From Thermococcus kodakarensis KOD1 (GTDB lineage: Archaea > Methanobacteriota_B > Thermococci > Thermococcales > Thermococcaceae), in contig NC_006624.1 of the NCBI RefSeq assembly GCF_000009965.1, positions 1,920,001 to 1,952,000 of the forward strand: a DNA stretch of 32,000 bases, given 5' to 3'. Below the pieces are notes generated by a model. It did no database searches, was not told the origin of the DNA, and worked only from the letters and a program-made list of their open reading frames with translations. Numbering within the stretch: position 1 is the stretch's first letter; each line of letters opens with the position of its first letter. The translations under genes were made by a program, and so were the position numbers. Of the stretch, positions 1-9,936 are shown one piece after another.

Positions 1-695
1 AGAAGACCTGTCTTTTCTGCAAAGTTTCTGGCCAGAACCATCATTCTCTCTGGCTTCGGCTCCTTTAGGAGTTCTTCAAGCGCCTTTCTGCCCTCGACTT
101 CGATGGCCTTTACAACGTCCCCGTCGAGCACTTCCCTTGTGGACAGCCTGCCTAGGGGCACAACGAGAACTTTGTAGTCCTCGAAGAACAGGTTGTCAGT
201 AACCCCGATTCCAGGACCTCCTGGTTTAATTCTCACCTCAATTCCACCAGCGAGCTGTCCGATCACATCTCCAAGGCCACCCTTATGCTTTACCTCTGCC
301 TCATGGGCAAGCTGAGCCGCTCTAAGCCACGTCCCGCCGAAGGCGTAGCTTAAAGCTAGAGCCGTTCCAAGGGCACCACCGGCGCTGTTTCCGAAGCCGT
401 AGCCGTTGGGGAAGTCGAAGTACTGCCATACCTCAACCTCTCCAAGGAAGTCCTTGGGTACGAGCTTTTCCGCAACGTAGTATGTGATCTCCGCTTCTTC
501 CCTTTTCACGGGTTCCCCGTTGAAGGCGACGTGGATGTGCCTCTCCAGCGTCCCAGTCTCGATGCTGGCGAAGACGTTGGTGCCCTTCGAGAGGTTCACA
601 CCAGCGCCGAGCGAACCTGCCTTCAGCGGCTCTTCGTGGAACACCGGCACGAAGAACGCCGTTATGTGGGCTGGAATAAACGCCCTGATGAGCAT
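1..695 (-). CDS. pantoate kinase (GHMP kinase family, archaeal CoA pathway); C-terminal part lies beyond the left window edge
   Basis: Absent from the ORF track because it is open at the edge. Hand translation of the minus strand from ATG 695..693 gives MLIRAFIPAHITAFFVPVFHEEPLKAGSLGAGVNLSKG..., with the GHMP phosphate-binding motif FPNGYGFGNSAGGALG. A GGGGTGA SD lies 4 nt upstream. Confidence 0.7.
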   Translation of the reverse strand, partial: MLIRAFIPAHITAFFVPVFHEEPLKAGSLGAGVNLSKGTNVFASIETGTLERHIHVAFNGEPVKREEAEITYYVAEKLVPKDFLGEVEVWQYFDFPNGYGFGNSAGGALGTALALSYAFGGTWLRAAQLAHEAEVKHKGGLGDVIGQLAGGIEVRIKPGGPGIGVTDNLFFEDYKVLVVPLGRLSTREVLDGDVVKAIEVEGRKALEELLKEPKPERMMVLARNFAEKTGL

Positions 696-770
696 GCTTT
701 CACCCCAGAATTGTTCAGAAGAGGCTCTTAAAAGCCTTTCAGGATATAAAAGGAAAGAAGAGGTTGAAGT

Positions 771-2429
771 TCACTCCTCAACGACGTAGATGGGCACCTT
801 TCCGTGCGGGATGCCGTACTTCTTGCCGTACCACTCGCTGAGGACGTACCAAGCAGCCACGAGGAGCACTATTCCAAGCGGTAGAAGTATTATCCAGCTC
901 CTGACTCCAAGGCCGAAGAGCAGGTAGAGCACTGCACCTATGCTCGCCACAGTAACAGCGTAGGGTATCTGGGTTGTAACGTGGTCGATGTGGTCCGAGC
1001 CGGAGAACATCGAGCTCATAATCGTTGTGTCGCTTATCGGTGAGCAGTGGTCTCCAAAGATTGCCCCGGTAAAGGTCGCCCCGATCGTGGCAAAGACTAT
1101 TTCGTTCACGTGGCCGCCAGTAAAGGCGAGAGCCAGCTGAACTCCCAGCGGAACCATTACTGAGAATGTTCCCCAGCTCGTTCCCGTTGTGAACGCCACA
1201 AACATTGCCGCCAGGAACATTATCAGCGGCATCCACGGGCCGAGGTCCTGGCCAGAGCTGGTGGCGAGGTTTATCACATAGCTTCCGGTTCCGACGGAGT
1301 CAGCCGCAGTTCCGAGAGTCCACGCAAGCACGAGTATAGTGTTTGCGAAGAGCATCTGCTTCATACCGCGGATGACGGTGTCTTCCCACTGCTCTACGGT
1401 CATCTTCTTCCGGCCGACGAGCATTATGCTCGCAACGAGAACCATGGTGAAGGATCCCCATAGCAAGGCTGTTGCGGCGTCTGCTTCCCTGAATGCGTCA
1501 ACGAACCCATAATCTGTGAAGTGGACCCCAAAGGGATTGTCGAGCTCAGTCCACCAGTCGAGTCCCTGATCGTATGCGTAGAGGTTGGCCGCTCCAGTAT
1601 ACCACAGGCCGAGGAGTGAGACTATCACTAGGGTCAGGATGGGTATCACGAAGTCCCAGGGACTTCCGTTTGGCTGTGGAGCGCCAAGGTCGGTTTCAGT
1701 GGTCATAAGCGGCTTAGCTCCGTCGCGGAGAACCTTTCCCGTAGTCCTTGCGCGGTACTCGGCATGGAGCATCGGACCGTAGTGCCTGTGGGTGTAGGCA
1801 ACGATGAAGACCAGAATTATAGCTAGAATTGAGTAGAACCTGAACGGAAGGCTTGAGAGCCATGCATCGTAGGAGTTGTAAGTAATTCCGACACCGTCAA
1901 ATCCCTTGCCTATCATGGCCAGCTCGTATCCAATCCACGTTGATATCAGCGCAAGGCCCGCAACCGGTGCCGCGGTTGAATCATCTATGTATGCCAGCAT
2001 CTCCCTAGAAACCCTCGTTCTGTCGGTTATCGGCCTCATGGTGTTGCCGACGATTATGGTGTTTGTGTAGTCATCGAAGAACACCAGAACGCCCATGAGC
2101 CACCCGAGGACTGAGGCGCCCCTGCTTGTTTTGATCCTGCTCCCGAGAACTTTTGCGAGTGCGTGCACTCCGCCAGATTTGTATATCAAACCGACACCCG
2201 CACCGATGAGGAAGTCAAACACCAGTATCCTTGCGTTCCAGTCGTCTGTAACACTGCCGACAACCCACTCGAGGGTCTGAGTTGTCCCCGTTAGGGGATT
2301 CCAGCCAGAAACCATAAGGCCTCCAATCCAGGCACCGGCAAACAGCGCCAAGACAACTCTTTTTGTCCATATAGCAAGACCTATCGCAACGAGGGGTGGT
2401 AGCAGAGACAGCACACCAAAGTCCGACAC
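771..2429 (-). CDS. nhaC: Na+/H+ antiporter, NhaC family (polytopic membrane protein)
   Basis: 560-aa ORF 771..2453, very hydrophobic, with NhaC-like sequence throughout. I place the start at in-frame GTG 2429 because GGGGGTGA sits 4 nt upstream of it. The track start at 2453 is a TTG with no SD. Confidence 0.7.
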   Translation of the reverse strand: MSDFGVLSLLPPLVAIGLAIWTKRVVLALFAGAWIGGLMVSGWNPLTGTTQTLEWVVGSVTDDWNARILVFDFLIGAGVGLIYKSGGVHALAKVLGSRIKTSRGASVLGWLMGVLVFFDDYTNTIIVGNTMRPITDRTRVSREMLAYIDDSTAAPVAGLALISTWIGYELAMIGKGFDGVGITYNSYDAWLSSLPFRFYSILAIILVFIVAYTHRHYGPMLHAEYRARTTGKVLRDGAKPLMTTETDLGAPQPNGSPWDFVIPILTLVIVSLLGLWYTGAANLYAYDQGLDWWTELDNPFGVHFTDYGFVDAFREADAATALLWGSFTMVLVASIMLVGRKKMTVEQWEDTVIRGMKQMLFANTILVLAWTLGTAADSVGTGSYVINLATSSGQDLGPWMPLIMFLAAMFVAFTTGTSWGTFSVMVPLGVQLALAFTGGHVNEIVFATIGATFTGAIFGDHCSPISDTTIMSSMFSGSDHIDHVTTQIPYAVTVASIGAVLYLLFGLGVRSWIILLPLGIVLLVAAWYVLSEWYGKKYGIPHGKVPIYVVEE

Positions 2430-2470
2430 ATTTTCACCCCCAAATATTTTCAACCAAAGGAAATTCGGAC

Positions 2471-2478
2471 TTTTATAA
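2471..2478 (-). promoter_or_regulatory. putative TATA box for the antiporter gene
   Basis: Minus-sense cTTATAAAAg about 45 nt upstream of the GTG start, inside a 287-bp AT-rich spacer. Confidence 0.35.
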
Positions 2479-2740
2479 GTCTTTCGATATTTTTTGCCTT
2501 ATTGGTTGGATATTTCGAAGTTCTCTGCCATATACTTGGCGATTCTTTGTCGTTATGGTACTCGGCGATATATTCAAGTACTTATTAGGTCATCAAAGCT
2601 ATAAAAAGTCTTCCCAAGTATCTTTTGGAGTTTTACATAAAACATCTCTTGACTTTCAATACGAGCTCAAAAGGTTTAGGTATAAGAAAAAGATAATATT
2701 GATCTTTGTTTTGCTGGAACTTTTAAATCTGTGAAAAAAT

Positions 2741-3331
2741 TCAGATGTTTTCCAGGAGTGATTTCAGCTTCTGAAAGTCCTTCCTCAGCTCCTCCCTTAG
2801 CGGCGGCTTGTAGAGGGCCGCCGCTGGATGGTACATCGGCATTATTATGATCTTCCCGAAGAGGGTATGCGCCTCGAAGGTCTTTCCGTGGATTCTGCTT
2901 ATCGGTTCCGGCTCAAAGCCGAACTTCCTGAGGAGGTAGTTCATTGAGTACCTTCCTAGGGGGATTATGACCTTCGGCCTGATTATGTCTATCTGTCTGT
3001 CGAGGTAGGGAGAACAGGCCTTTATTTCCTCCTCGGTAGGATCGCGGTTTTCTGGTGGGCGGCACTTGACGATGTTGGTGATGTACACCTCGTCCCTGCT
3101 CAGGCCAATCTCAGCAAGAAGCTCGTCGAGGAGCTTTCCCGCTCGACCGACGAAGGGCAGACCCTTCTGGTCTTCCCAGTAGCCTGGTGCCTCACCGACG
3201 AACATAACTTTTGCATCGTAGCTCCCAGCTCCTGGAACTGCGTTCGTCCTGAGCGTTCCAAGTGGGCACTTCTGGCAGTTCCTGATCTTCTCCTCAAGCT
3301 TTTTCATGAGCTCTTCCTTTCCCATCTTCAT
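2741..3331 (-). CDS. udg: uracil-DNA glycosylase, family 4 (Fe-S type)
   Basis: Carries the GEAPG motif (VGEAPGYWEDQKGLPFVGRAG), the HPAAAL motif, and the Cys pattern CQKC...KCRPP...KACSPY. The ATG at 3331 overlaps the TGA of the upstream gene by 1 nt (TGATG). The track ORF extends to 3379. Confidence 0.85.
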   Translation of the reverse strand: MKMGKEELMKKLEEKIRNCQKCPLGTLRTNAVPGAGSYDAKVMFVGEAPGYWEDQKGLPFVGRAGKLLDELLAEIGLSRDEVYITNIVKCRPPENRDPTEEEIKACSPYLDRQIDIIRPKVIIPLGRYSMNYLLRKFGFEPEPISRIHGKTFEAHTLFGKIIIMPMYHPAAALYKPPLREELRKDFQKLKSLLENI

Positions 3332-3681
3332 CACGCGAGCGTTTTCTGGTTCAGATAAGCCTTCAGAAACTCGGCCCAAGCGGTGTAGTAGCCCTTCTCG
3401 TACTCGTCCCTGAACTCCTGCGCTGCCATCTCGGAGTACACGCTCAAAAGCTCAGTTGCCCGTTCCCTGTCGTTGGTCGTTAACAGCTGAACGATAAGAG
3501 AATCAGTATCGTTGTCCTTTACAGCGTTCATTATGCCCTCGACTGCTCTTGCGTATCCCCTGCCCCACTCATCGCTTCCGGCTATCTTTATGAGCTTCTC
3601 CATGTGGCCCTTCGCCTTGGTTAAGTCCCTCCTCATTATTGCCCTAACGAACATCTCCATCCTCATGTCACGCGCCGGCAT
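3331..3681 (-). CDS. hypothetical protein (116 aa, helical, no motif I recognise)
   Basis: Clean ORF with GC-rich codon usage like its neighbours. Its stop is coupled to the udg start. Confidence 0.6.
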   Translation of the reverse strand: MPARDMRMEMFVRAIMRRDLTKAKGHMEKLIKIAGSDEWGRGYARAVEGIMNAVKDNDTDSLIVQLLTTNDRERATELLSVYSEMAAQEFRDEYEKGYYTAWAEFLKAYLNQKTLA

Positions 3682-3841
3682 TCTACCACCGCCCCTACTT
3701 CCCGGCTTCCCTTTTAACGTTAACCTGGGGACTTCTCAATTTTGTCCCATACCTATGAAGGAAAATCTTCATATTTACGCAAAAGTTTTTATACCTGTGA
3801 ATTGAACCTCAAGCCAGAGGCAGAATTAGGGGTGAAGCCTT

Positions 3842-5614
3842 ATGGCTGAAAGCATTGGCGAAGTTCCCAGCGGTGAAAAAGAGTTTGCTGAATCTACCAA
3901 GCGGATCAGGGATATTGTTGAGTTCCCTGAAATAAGCGAGGAGGAGTTTTACGAGCTTCTCAAGAATGCCAGCAGAGCCTATGGCGCTGAACTCCCGCAC
4001 AGGACGTACTCTCTCTGTCCCGAGACGAGGAGGGTTGTTCCTGCAGTCGTCTGGGAGAAGGATGGTAAGGTCTGGATAACCAAGAAGTGCCCCGAGGGAA
4101 TGATAACCGACCTCTATTACGAGGACGTTGAGATGTATTACAGGTTTAAACGGTGGAAGTGGGACGAGAAAGAGCTCTTCAGCGCCAACGTTCAGAACAC
4201 CGGTGTCAACTGTCCCCTTGATTGCGGCCTCTGCCCGAGGCATCGCTCCCATACGAACCTTCTCAACATCGTTCTCACCAACCGCTGCAACCTGAGCTGC
4301 TGGTACTGCTTCTTCTACGCCCGCGAGGGACAGCCAATCTATGAGCCGACCCTTGAGCAGATTAGAATGATGCTTCGCAATGCAAAGAAGGAGCATCCTA
4401 TAGGCGCCAACGCCGTCCAGTTCACTGGAGGAGAGCCGACTTTGAGGGATGACCTCATTGAGATAATCAGGATAGCCAAGGAAGAGGGCTACGATCACGT
4501 CCAGCTCAACACCGACGGAATAAAGCTTGCCTTTGACCCAGAGCTGGTTAAGAAGATAAGGGAAGCCGGAACCAACACCCTCTACCTCAGCTACGACGGA
4601 ATGACCCCTCAGACCAACTGGAAGAACCACTGGGAGATCCCGCTCATCTTCGAGAACGTGAGGAAGGCGGGTGGTCCAGGTATAGTCCTCGTGCCCACCA
4701 CGATCAGAAACGTTAACGACCACGAGCTCGGTGCGATAATCAACTTCGGCCTCAACCACCTCGATATCGTCAGGGGAGTCAACTTCCAGCCGATCTCCCA
4801 GGTTGGAAGGGTTCCGAAGAAGGAGCGCCAGAGGTTCAGGATAACGATACCCGGTGCCATCAAGAGAATCGAGGAGCAGACTAACGGAGCTATAGCCAAA
4901 GAAGACTGGTATCCAATTCCGATAGCAGGCCACATAGCGAGGTTCTTCGAGGCTTTCACGGGCTCACGCTACTACATGACCAGCCACTTCGCATGCGGTG
5001 CCGCTACCTATGTCTTCCTTGACCGCGAGAACAAGCGCGTCGTCCCAATCCCGAGGTTCCTCGACGTTGAGGGATTCGTTGAGTTCCTTGAGAGCAAGGC
5101 CGAGGAAATCGAGCAGTGGAAGAAGCTTGGAAAGCTCCAGAAGCTCAAGCTCGGTGCGGAGATATTCATGAAGTTCAGGAGCTTCTACGACGACAAGTAC
5201 GCCCCGAAGGGAGTCAAAGTCCTCGACCTCATCAAGAACGCCTTCATGCACGGCAACTACGATGCCCTCGGAAAGTTCCACGAGAACGCTCTCTTCGTCG
5301 GCATGATGCACTTCATGGACGAGTACAACTACGACGTTGAGCGCGTAGAGCGCTGCGTCATCCACTACGCGATGCCCGACGGAAGGATTGTTCCCTTCTG
5401 TACCTTCAACGTCATTCCAGAGCTTTACCGTGACAAGGTGCAGGCCCAGTTCAGCTACACCTGGGAGGAGTGGAAGGCCCTCCATCCGGACTGGGACTAC
5501 AAGAAGGACAAGTACTTCCGCTCCAAGGAGTTCGTTGAGAAGATGAGGAACAGCGAGCTCTACAGGAAGACCTACATTGACATCGAGGACTACTTCGGGC
5601 TGAACAAGGAGTGA
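3842..5614 (+). CDS. tes: radical SAM protein, tetraether lipid synthase (Tes / GDGT-MAS)-like
   Basis: CX3CX2C motif in NIVLTNRCNLSCWYCFFYA. The N-terminus is Cys-rich (CPETRR...KKCPEG, CPLDCGLCPRH). Length is 590 aa. Its position relative to the other anchor genes fits my recollection that the T. kodakarensis Tes is TK2145. Confidence 0.6.
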   Translation: MAESIGEVPSGEKEFAESTKRIRDIVEFPEISEEEFYELLKNASRAYGAELPHRTYSLCPETRRVVPAVVWEKDGKVWITKKCPEGMITDLYYEDVEMYYRFKRWKWDEKELFSANVQNTGVNCPLDCGLCPRHRSHTNLLNIVLTNRCNLSCWYCFFYAREGQPIYEPTLEQIRMMLRNAKKEHPIGANAVQFTGGEPTLRDDLIEIIRIAKEEGYDHVQLNTDGIKLAFDPELVKKIREAGTNTLYLSYDGMTPQTNWKNHWEIPLIFENVRKAGGPGIVLVPTTIRNVNDHELGAIINFGLNHLDIVRGVNFQPISQVGRVPKKERQRFRITIPGAIKRIEEQTNGAIAKEDWYPIPIAGHIARFFEAFTGSRYYMTSHFACGAATYVFLDRENKRVVPIPRFLDVEGFVEFLESKAEEIEQWKKLGKLQKLKLGAEIFMKFRSFYDDKYAPKGVKVLDLIKNAFMHGNYDALGKFHENALFVGMMHFMDEYNYDVERVERCVIHYAMPDGRIVPFCTFNVIPELYRDKVQAQFSYTWEEWKALHPDWDYKKDKYFRSKEFVEKMRNSELYRKTYIDIEDYFGLNKE

Positions 5615-5624
5615 GGTGGTGGAG

Positions 5625-5930
5625 ATGACAACCGAGAGGGTCTTCAACAAGAAGCTTACCAGACTTGATCTGAAGTTCGGCGACATCAACTGGGAGAAGG
5701 CAACGATAAAGCAGTACGAGCTTGAGAAGGACGAGAGAGTGTGGAGAATATTCCTCAACGGCTACGCCAGGAACGGCTTTGTAATCTTTGACGAGGAGCT
5801 CTTTCCGAGAGAGGAACTCCTCAAGGCGCTTGAAGAGCTCAAGCCAGAAGTCGTCGGGGAGAAAACTCTGACGGTTCAGGAGCTCATCGAGGAGAGCATG
5901 AGCTGGAACAACGTTTTCTCCCATTCTTGA
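5625..5930 (+). CDS. small hypothetical protein (101 aa) translationally coupled to the Tes-like gene
   Basis: The ATG at 5625 lies 11 nt after the Tes TGA (5612..5614) and is preceded by GAGGTGGTGGAG. The track lists it from GTG 5616. Confidence 0.6.
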   Translation: MTTERVFNKKLTRLDLKFGDINWEKATIKQYELEKDERVWRIFLNGYARNGFVIFDEELFPREELLKALEELKPEVVGEKTLTVQELIEESMSWNNVFSHS

Positions 5931-5932
5931 TC

Positions 5933-5963
5933 TTTTTGAATCAGTTATGTTTTTCTTTTGTTT
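5933..5963 (+). terminator. oligo-T archaeal terminator after the Tes operon
   Basis: T5 at 5933..5937, T5 at 5950..5954 and T4 at 5956..5959, directly after the stop at 5930. Confidence 0.5.
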
Positions 5964-6070
5964 CGTGGATTCTCCCTTTTTGCCATCGTAATTACCTACA
6001 TAAGCCCCTACACAAAAGGGATTTAACAAATGAAGTCATAGACTACTTCTAGAGCTTCCAAGATTGGGGG

Positions 6071-8389
6071 GTGATTCCGTTGCAATTCCGGAAGAAGATA
6101 GCCGTCATCGTGATAGCCGCTGTTCTCGTGACACTCCTCATTGGTTCTGCTACGGTCGGTTATGCGACCCTCAAGATGAGGGACAACATCCAAAAAACGC
6201 TCGACGTTCAGCTCAACGAAGTTCTGCCCAAGGAAATGGAGAAGAGCGTCCAGGAGCCAATAACAGAGGAGGCGGGCACGATAACTGTAAGTGCCGCCGA
6301 GCTGGGGGCGAGGCTCTTCGACGACTACTTCGACAAGATGCGCATGATGGGGGATGTGGCCGTTCAGGATGTCCTGGAGGCGTATTCGAAGTACGACGAA
6401 AGCGATCCCCAGTTCAAGGCTTTTCTTCTCAAGCGCTTTGAGATGGTCAAAAACCTCGATCCCAACGTGGCCTACGTTTACTTCGGAAGCACCACCGGCG
6501 GGATGTACATGTGGCCCGACGAGCCTCTCCCAGAAGGCTACGATCCCCGCGTGAGGCCATGGTATAAGGAAGCAGTCGACAAGAACGGCCCAGTATGGAC
6601 TGAGCCTTATAAAGACGCATCAACGGGCAAATGGATAGTTACTTTCTCTGAGCCTGTTTACATCAACGGGGAGTTCGTTGGCGTTATTGGTGTTGATGTC
6701 TTCGTCTCGACTCTGATAGATCAGGCCAAGCAGATAAAGATAGGCCAGACAGGTTACATAGCGATTTTGAACAAAGACGGCACCATCATTGTTCACCCCG
6801 ATGAGAGCCTCGTTCAGAAGCTCAACATCCACGACGATCCGAACCTGGCAAGCCTCGCCGGTGAGCTGGACAAGAACAAGGAGACCGGATGGATTAGGTA
6901 CACATTCAAAGGAGTGGACAAGATAGGCGGCTACAAGAGGATGAAAACGACCGGCTGGATAGTCCTGGCAACGGTTCCCATAAACGAGCTAACCGACCCG
7001 ATGATGAACGCCATTGATTCCTCTCTAAAAGCGAATACTGAAAAGGTCGCCAGCGAGATAAACTCGGAAGTTAACTCTGGCATAAAAACCTCCTTACTGG
7101 GATCTGTTTTCGCGGCGGTCTTCGGCCTGATAGTCCTGGGAATCGCATACAGGACTTTGAACACCACGCTAAAGCCCCTCGAACAGCTCCGTGACGTGGC
7201 CCAGGCCCTGGCGGACGGAAGGCTGAGCGAGGTTCGGGAGAAGCTCAGAGGGATACAGTACCTCGAAGACGACGAGATTGGAGCGCTTATAAAGGCCTTT
7301 GAATCGGTTGGAAAGGACCTCGTGGGGGCCCTGGACACCATAGCGAGCAAACTTGAGCGCCTTGCAGAGGGTGATCTAAGCAACGGCCTCAGCGTCGAGG
7401 CAAAGGGTGAACTCAGGGAGGTCCTAGAAGATCTGAGGGACACAACCCACAGGCTCAAAGGTCTAATCGGCGAAATCGTGAACGTCACGAACGAGCTGGA
7501 CAAGAGAGCAAACGTCCTCGCTCAGGTTGCGAACGACGTTACTGAGGCTATCAACCAGGTGAATGAGGCTGTTCAGCAGGTTAGTATTGAGGCGCAGAGG
7601 CAGCAGGAGAACATTAATGAGATTACTGAGGGCATGCGGTTGGTTGCTGATATGAGTGAGGAGAGCGTTAGGGCCATGGAGGAGTTTGAGGGTGCTGTCA
7701 ACGAGGTTGTTCACATTGCTGAGGAGGGCAGGCAGAAGGGTGAGGTTTCGGCACAGCAGATTCAGAGCATTCAGGAGATGATGGGTAACATAGAGGCCGC
7801 AGTCAACAGGGTTAATGAGATGAGCAGGAGTATTGAGGAGATTACGAACGTTATTACTGGGATTGCAGAGCAGACTAACCTCTTAGCCTTGAATGCTGCC
7901 ATTGAAGCGGCGAGGGCTGGAGAGGCTGGTAGGGGTTTTGCTGTGGTTGCACAGGAGATCAGGAATCTGGCCGAGGAGAGCAAGAAGGCGGCTGACAACA
8001 TTAAGGAGATTATCAACAGGATGACGGAGGAGATTAGGGATGCCGTCAATGCCACGCAGAGGGGTGTGAGTGTTGTTAGTGAGTCGTCGGAGACTCTTAG
8101 AGAAACCACGGAGTACTTGACGAACATTGCTGAATTGATTAGTGATACTGGTGCTAGGTTGGGTCACGTGAAGGAGCAGATTCTCAGGACGCAGGAGGAG
8201 GTTGACAAGGCTCTGAAAGCCTTGGAGAATCTCGCTGCCTCTGCTGAGGAGACAACTGCCTCTGCTGAGGAAGTCAGCTCCGCCGTCGAAGAACAAACAG
8301 CCGCAATAGAAGAACTCCAGAGAGCCGCCACAGATCTAAAGGCCATCGTGGAGAAGCTGCGCGACATCATCGGCAAGTTCAAACTGTAA
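6071..8389 (+). CDS. methyl-accepting chemotaxis protein with an extracellular dCache-type sensor, HAMP and MCP signalling domain
   Basis: N-terminal TM segment; Cache signature [12 protein letters not shown]; second TM; HAMP; conserved signalling hairpin [41 protein letters not shown] start. Confidence 0.9.
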   Translation: MIPLQFRKKIAVIVIAAVLVTLLIGSATVGYATLKMRDNIQKTLDVQLNEVLPKEMEKSVQEPITEEAGTITVSAAELGARLFDDYFDKMRMMGDVAVQDVLEAYSKYDESDPQFKAFLLKRFEMVKNLDPNVAYVYFGSTTGGMYMWPDEPLPEGYDPRVRPWYKEAVDKNGPVWTEPYKDASTGKWIVTFSEPVYINGEFVGVIGVDVFVSTLIDQAKQIKIGQTGYIAILNKDGTIIVHPDESLVQKLNIHDDPNLASLAGELDKNKETGWIRYTFKGVDKIGGYKRMKTTGWIVLATVPINELTDPMMNAIDSSLKANTEKVASEINSEVNSGIKTSLLGSVFAAVFGLIVLGIAYRTLNTTLKPLEQLRDVAQALADGRLSEVREKLRGIQYLEDDEIGALIKAFESVGKDLVGALDTIASKLERLAEGDLSNGLSVEAKGELREVLEDLRDTTHRLKGLIGEIVNVTNELDKRANVLAQVANDVTEAINQVNEAVQQVSIEAQRQQENINEITEGMRLVADMSEESVRAMEEFEGAVNEVVHIAEEGRQKGEVSAQQIQSIQEMMGNIEAAVNRVNEMSRSIEEITNVITGIAEQTNLLALNAAIEAARAGEAGRGFAVVAQEIRNLAEESKKAADNIKEIINRMTEEIRDAVNATQRGVSVVSESSETLRETTEYLTNIAELISDTGARLGHVKEQILRTQEEVDKALKALENLAASAEETTASAEEVSSAVEEQTAAIEELQRAATDLKAIVEKLRDIIGKFKL

Positions 8390-8400
8390 AAAGGGAGAGC

Positions 8401-9855
8401 TCAGAGGAGCTCTATCCTTACTTTTCCCTTCACCTCTTTTTCCAGCTCGAAGCCCACGATTCCGGAGAATGTCCTCAGGTCGATCACGTTTCTCCCTGCC
8501 TTTAGGTCAACGATCTCTTCTTCCGCAGTACCAGCTGGAAGTGAGAGGTCGTACTCGTAGACCTTCAGCTTTATGTCGTTCTTCACGTAGAATATAGCCC
8601 TAGCACTCTTGTAACCATCGAGAGGAATGCCCCCGAAGGTTCTTTTACCTGCTTTTCTTAGGAGGTCGAGCGGGACTGAAAAGCTCACCGCCGGCGGCCT
8701 CTCCTGGAGTATCTTCTCGTCCAGAACGACTATATCCCTGTTTCCGGTGTCGAAGGGCGTCGCCTCGGTAGCGCCGGTGTTTGGTGTTGTGTTAGTTGCC
8801 ACAAGGAGCTTCCCGTCCATTTTCTCGATGCTCGTTACCCTCGCTCCAAAGGCTCCAACTATCTTCACCATCGGTGGAGCGATGTAAACGAGGACGCTTG
8901 GCCCCACGAGGGTGTTCGTGAAGTCCCATCCGATTCCAGCATCGCTTGAATCCTTCCTGTACGATGCATCGTGATGGGAGTTGAATGCCGTGAGGATTCC
9001 TCCACCGACGTTTATTGCGTTCACACGGAAGGGAGCGTAGAACGTCGGGAAGTCGAGGAGGCGGTAGAAGGTGAATACCTCGCCCATGTAGGGGTTGCCA
9101 GCGAAGATTCCACCGCGGACGAAGGCGAAGGCCCTGTTGTAGGCCGAAGCCATTGCCCCGAGTTCGGGCCTCTCGTAGGGCTTTCCGTCCACGCTACCCC
9201 CTGGCTTAAAGGCCTCCCACTTCCCGCTTATGAGGTCGAGGGCTCTGAACTCCCTGACTCCGCCTGTGAAGTTGTTGCCCACCCCGAAGAAGGCAACGTC
9301 GTGGACGCGCGTTCCCTTCGGAGACGGCTCGGTTATGAGGGGCTCGGCCTTTCCCCTCTTCCTGTCGAGGGAGTAGACGCCGAGGTTGGCGTGACCATCC
9401 TCCCTCGCTAGGAGAAGCCTGTCGCCATAGGGATCGTAGATGATGTCGCTTATCTCGCCGGCCCAGTCGGTCTCATGGTGTATGGACTCCTTCCAAAGGA
9501 GCTTGACCGAGCCTTCCGCGGTGTCATAGACGTGCACGTGGGAGTACTTGTTGTTGAAGAGTATCCTTCTGTCCTCGCGGTAAACCGCTGGAGCATGTAC
9601 CCAGCCGCCGAAGTAGATGAACTCGTCAACGGTCTCAACGGCGTTGTAAGTGTCCCCGCCGCTCGTGGGGGCGTCTCCGACCAAGGTGAAATCGTAGGTC
9701 TTTTCTTCACCGCTCTTCACGTCTATGAAGTGTGCCTCTGCCTCGAAGGCCACGGTGAAATAAAGGACGCCATTGTGGTACCTCAATCCGAAGATCCCGC
9801 CGCTCCCCCACTCGGGGCCGTACCTACCCGGAAAGCGATAGTTCTTGAAGAGCAT
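8401..9855 (-). CDS. conserved hypothetical protein (484 aa), possibly beta-rich/propeller-like; family not assignable by eye
   Basis: Long ORF with native codon usage. GGGTGAT SD 3 nt upstream of ATG 9855. No catalytic motif recognised. Confidence 0.6.
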   Translation of the reverse strand: MLFKNYRFPGRYGPEWGSGGIFGLRYHNGVLYFTVAFEAEAHFIDVKSGEEKTYDFTLVGDAPTSGGDTYNAVETVDEFIYFGGWVHAPAVYREDRRILFNNKYSHVHVYDTAEGSVKLLWKESIHHETDWAGEISDIIYDPYGDRLLLAREDGHANLGVYSLDRKRGKAEPLITEPSPKGTRVHDVAFFGVGNNFTGGVREFRALDLISGKWEAFKPGGSVDGKPYERPELGAMASAYNRAFAFVRGGIFAGNPYMGEVFTFYRLLDFPTFYAPFRVNAINVGGGILTAFNSHHDASYRKDSSDAGIGWDFTNTLVGPSVLVYIAPPMVKIVGAFGARVTSIEKMDGKLLVATNTTPNTGATEATPFDTGNRDIVVLDEKILQERPPAVSFSVPLDLLRKAGKRTFGGIPLDGYKSARAIFYVKNDIKLKVYEYDLSLPAGTAEEEIVDLKAGRNVIDLRTFSGIVGFELEKEVKGKVRIELL

Positions 9856-9936
9856 GGTATCACCCGTGGTAGTAGGTCCCTTAGCTTATTGCCTTTTCGC
9901 CGGAGGGCTTTTATATTCCGCCGCTTAAGAAGAACC

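Noticed and set aside
2396-2734. 112-aa plus-strand ORF in the AT-rich spacer between the antiporter and udg
   Set aside because: It starts inside the antiporter gene on the opposite strand. It runs through a spacer of low GC by eye, has Lys/Phe/Leu/Ile-biased composition and no SD. The spacer is more simply promoter and terminator sequence. I could not see a convincing RNA structure by eye.
3809-5758. Long minus-strand ORFs (3809..4933, 4609..4959, 4964..5758, 5451..6029) opposite the Tes-like gene
   Set aside because: These are antisense shadow ORFs of a GC-rich gene. Their composition is Leu/Val/Pro/Arg-rich and low in complexity, they have no SD and no recognisable motif, and the plus-strand gene has clear radical SAM signatures.
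9858-9874. TGM-like sequence TATCACccgtgGTAGTA just upstream of the 8401..9855 gene
   Set aside because: On the coding strand the TATCAC half reads GGTGATA and is simply the Shine-Dalgarno site 3 nt from the ATG. The other half matches poorly (4/6). This is probably coincidence rather than an operator.
9475-9936. N-terminal extensions of track ORFs (9475..9936, 11557..11655, 27733..27891, 31085..31240, 18592..18669, 25595..25714)
   Set aside because: Each extension crosses an intergenic promoter or a neighbouring gene or tRNA and lacks an SD. Internal ATG or GTG codons with strong GGTGGT/GGAGGTGA sites, together with signal peptide or Rossmann motifs at the new N-terminus, give better starts.
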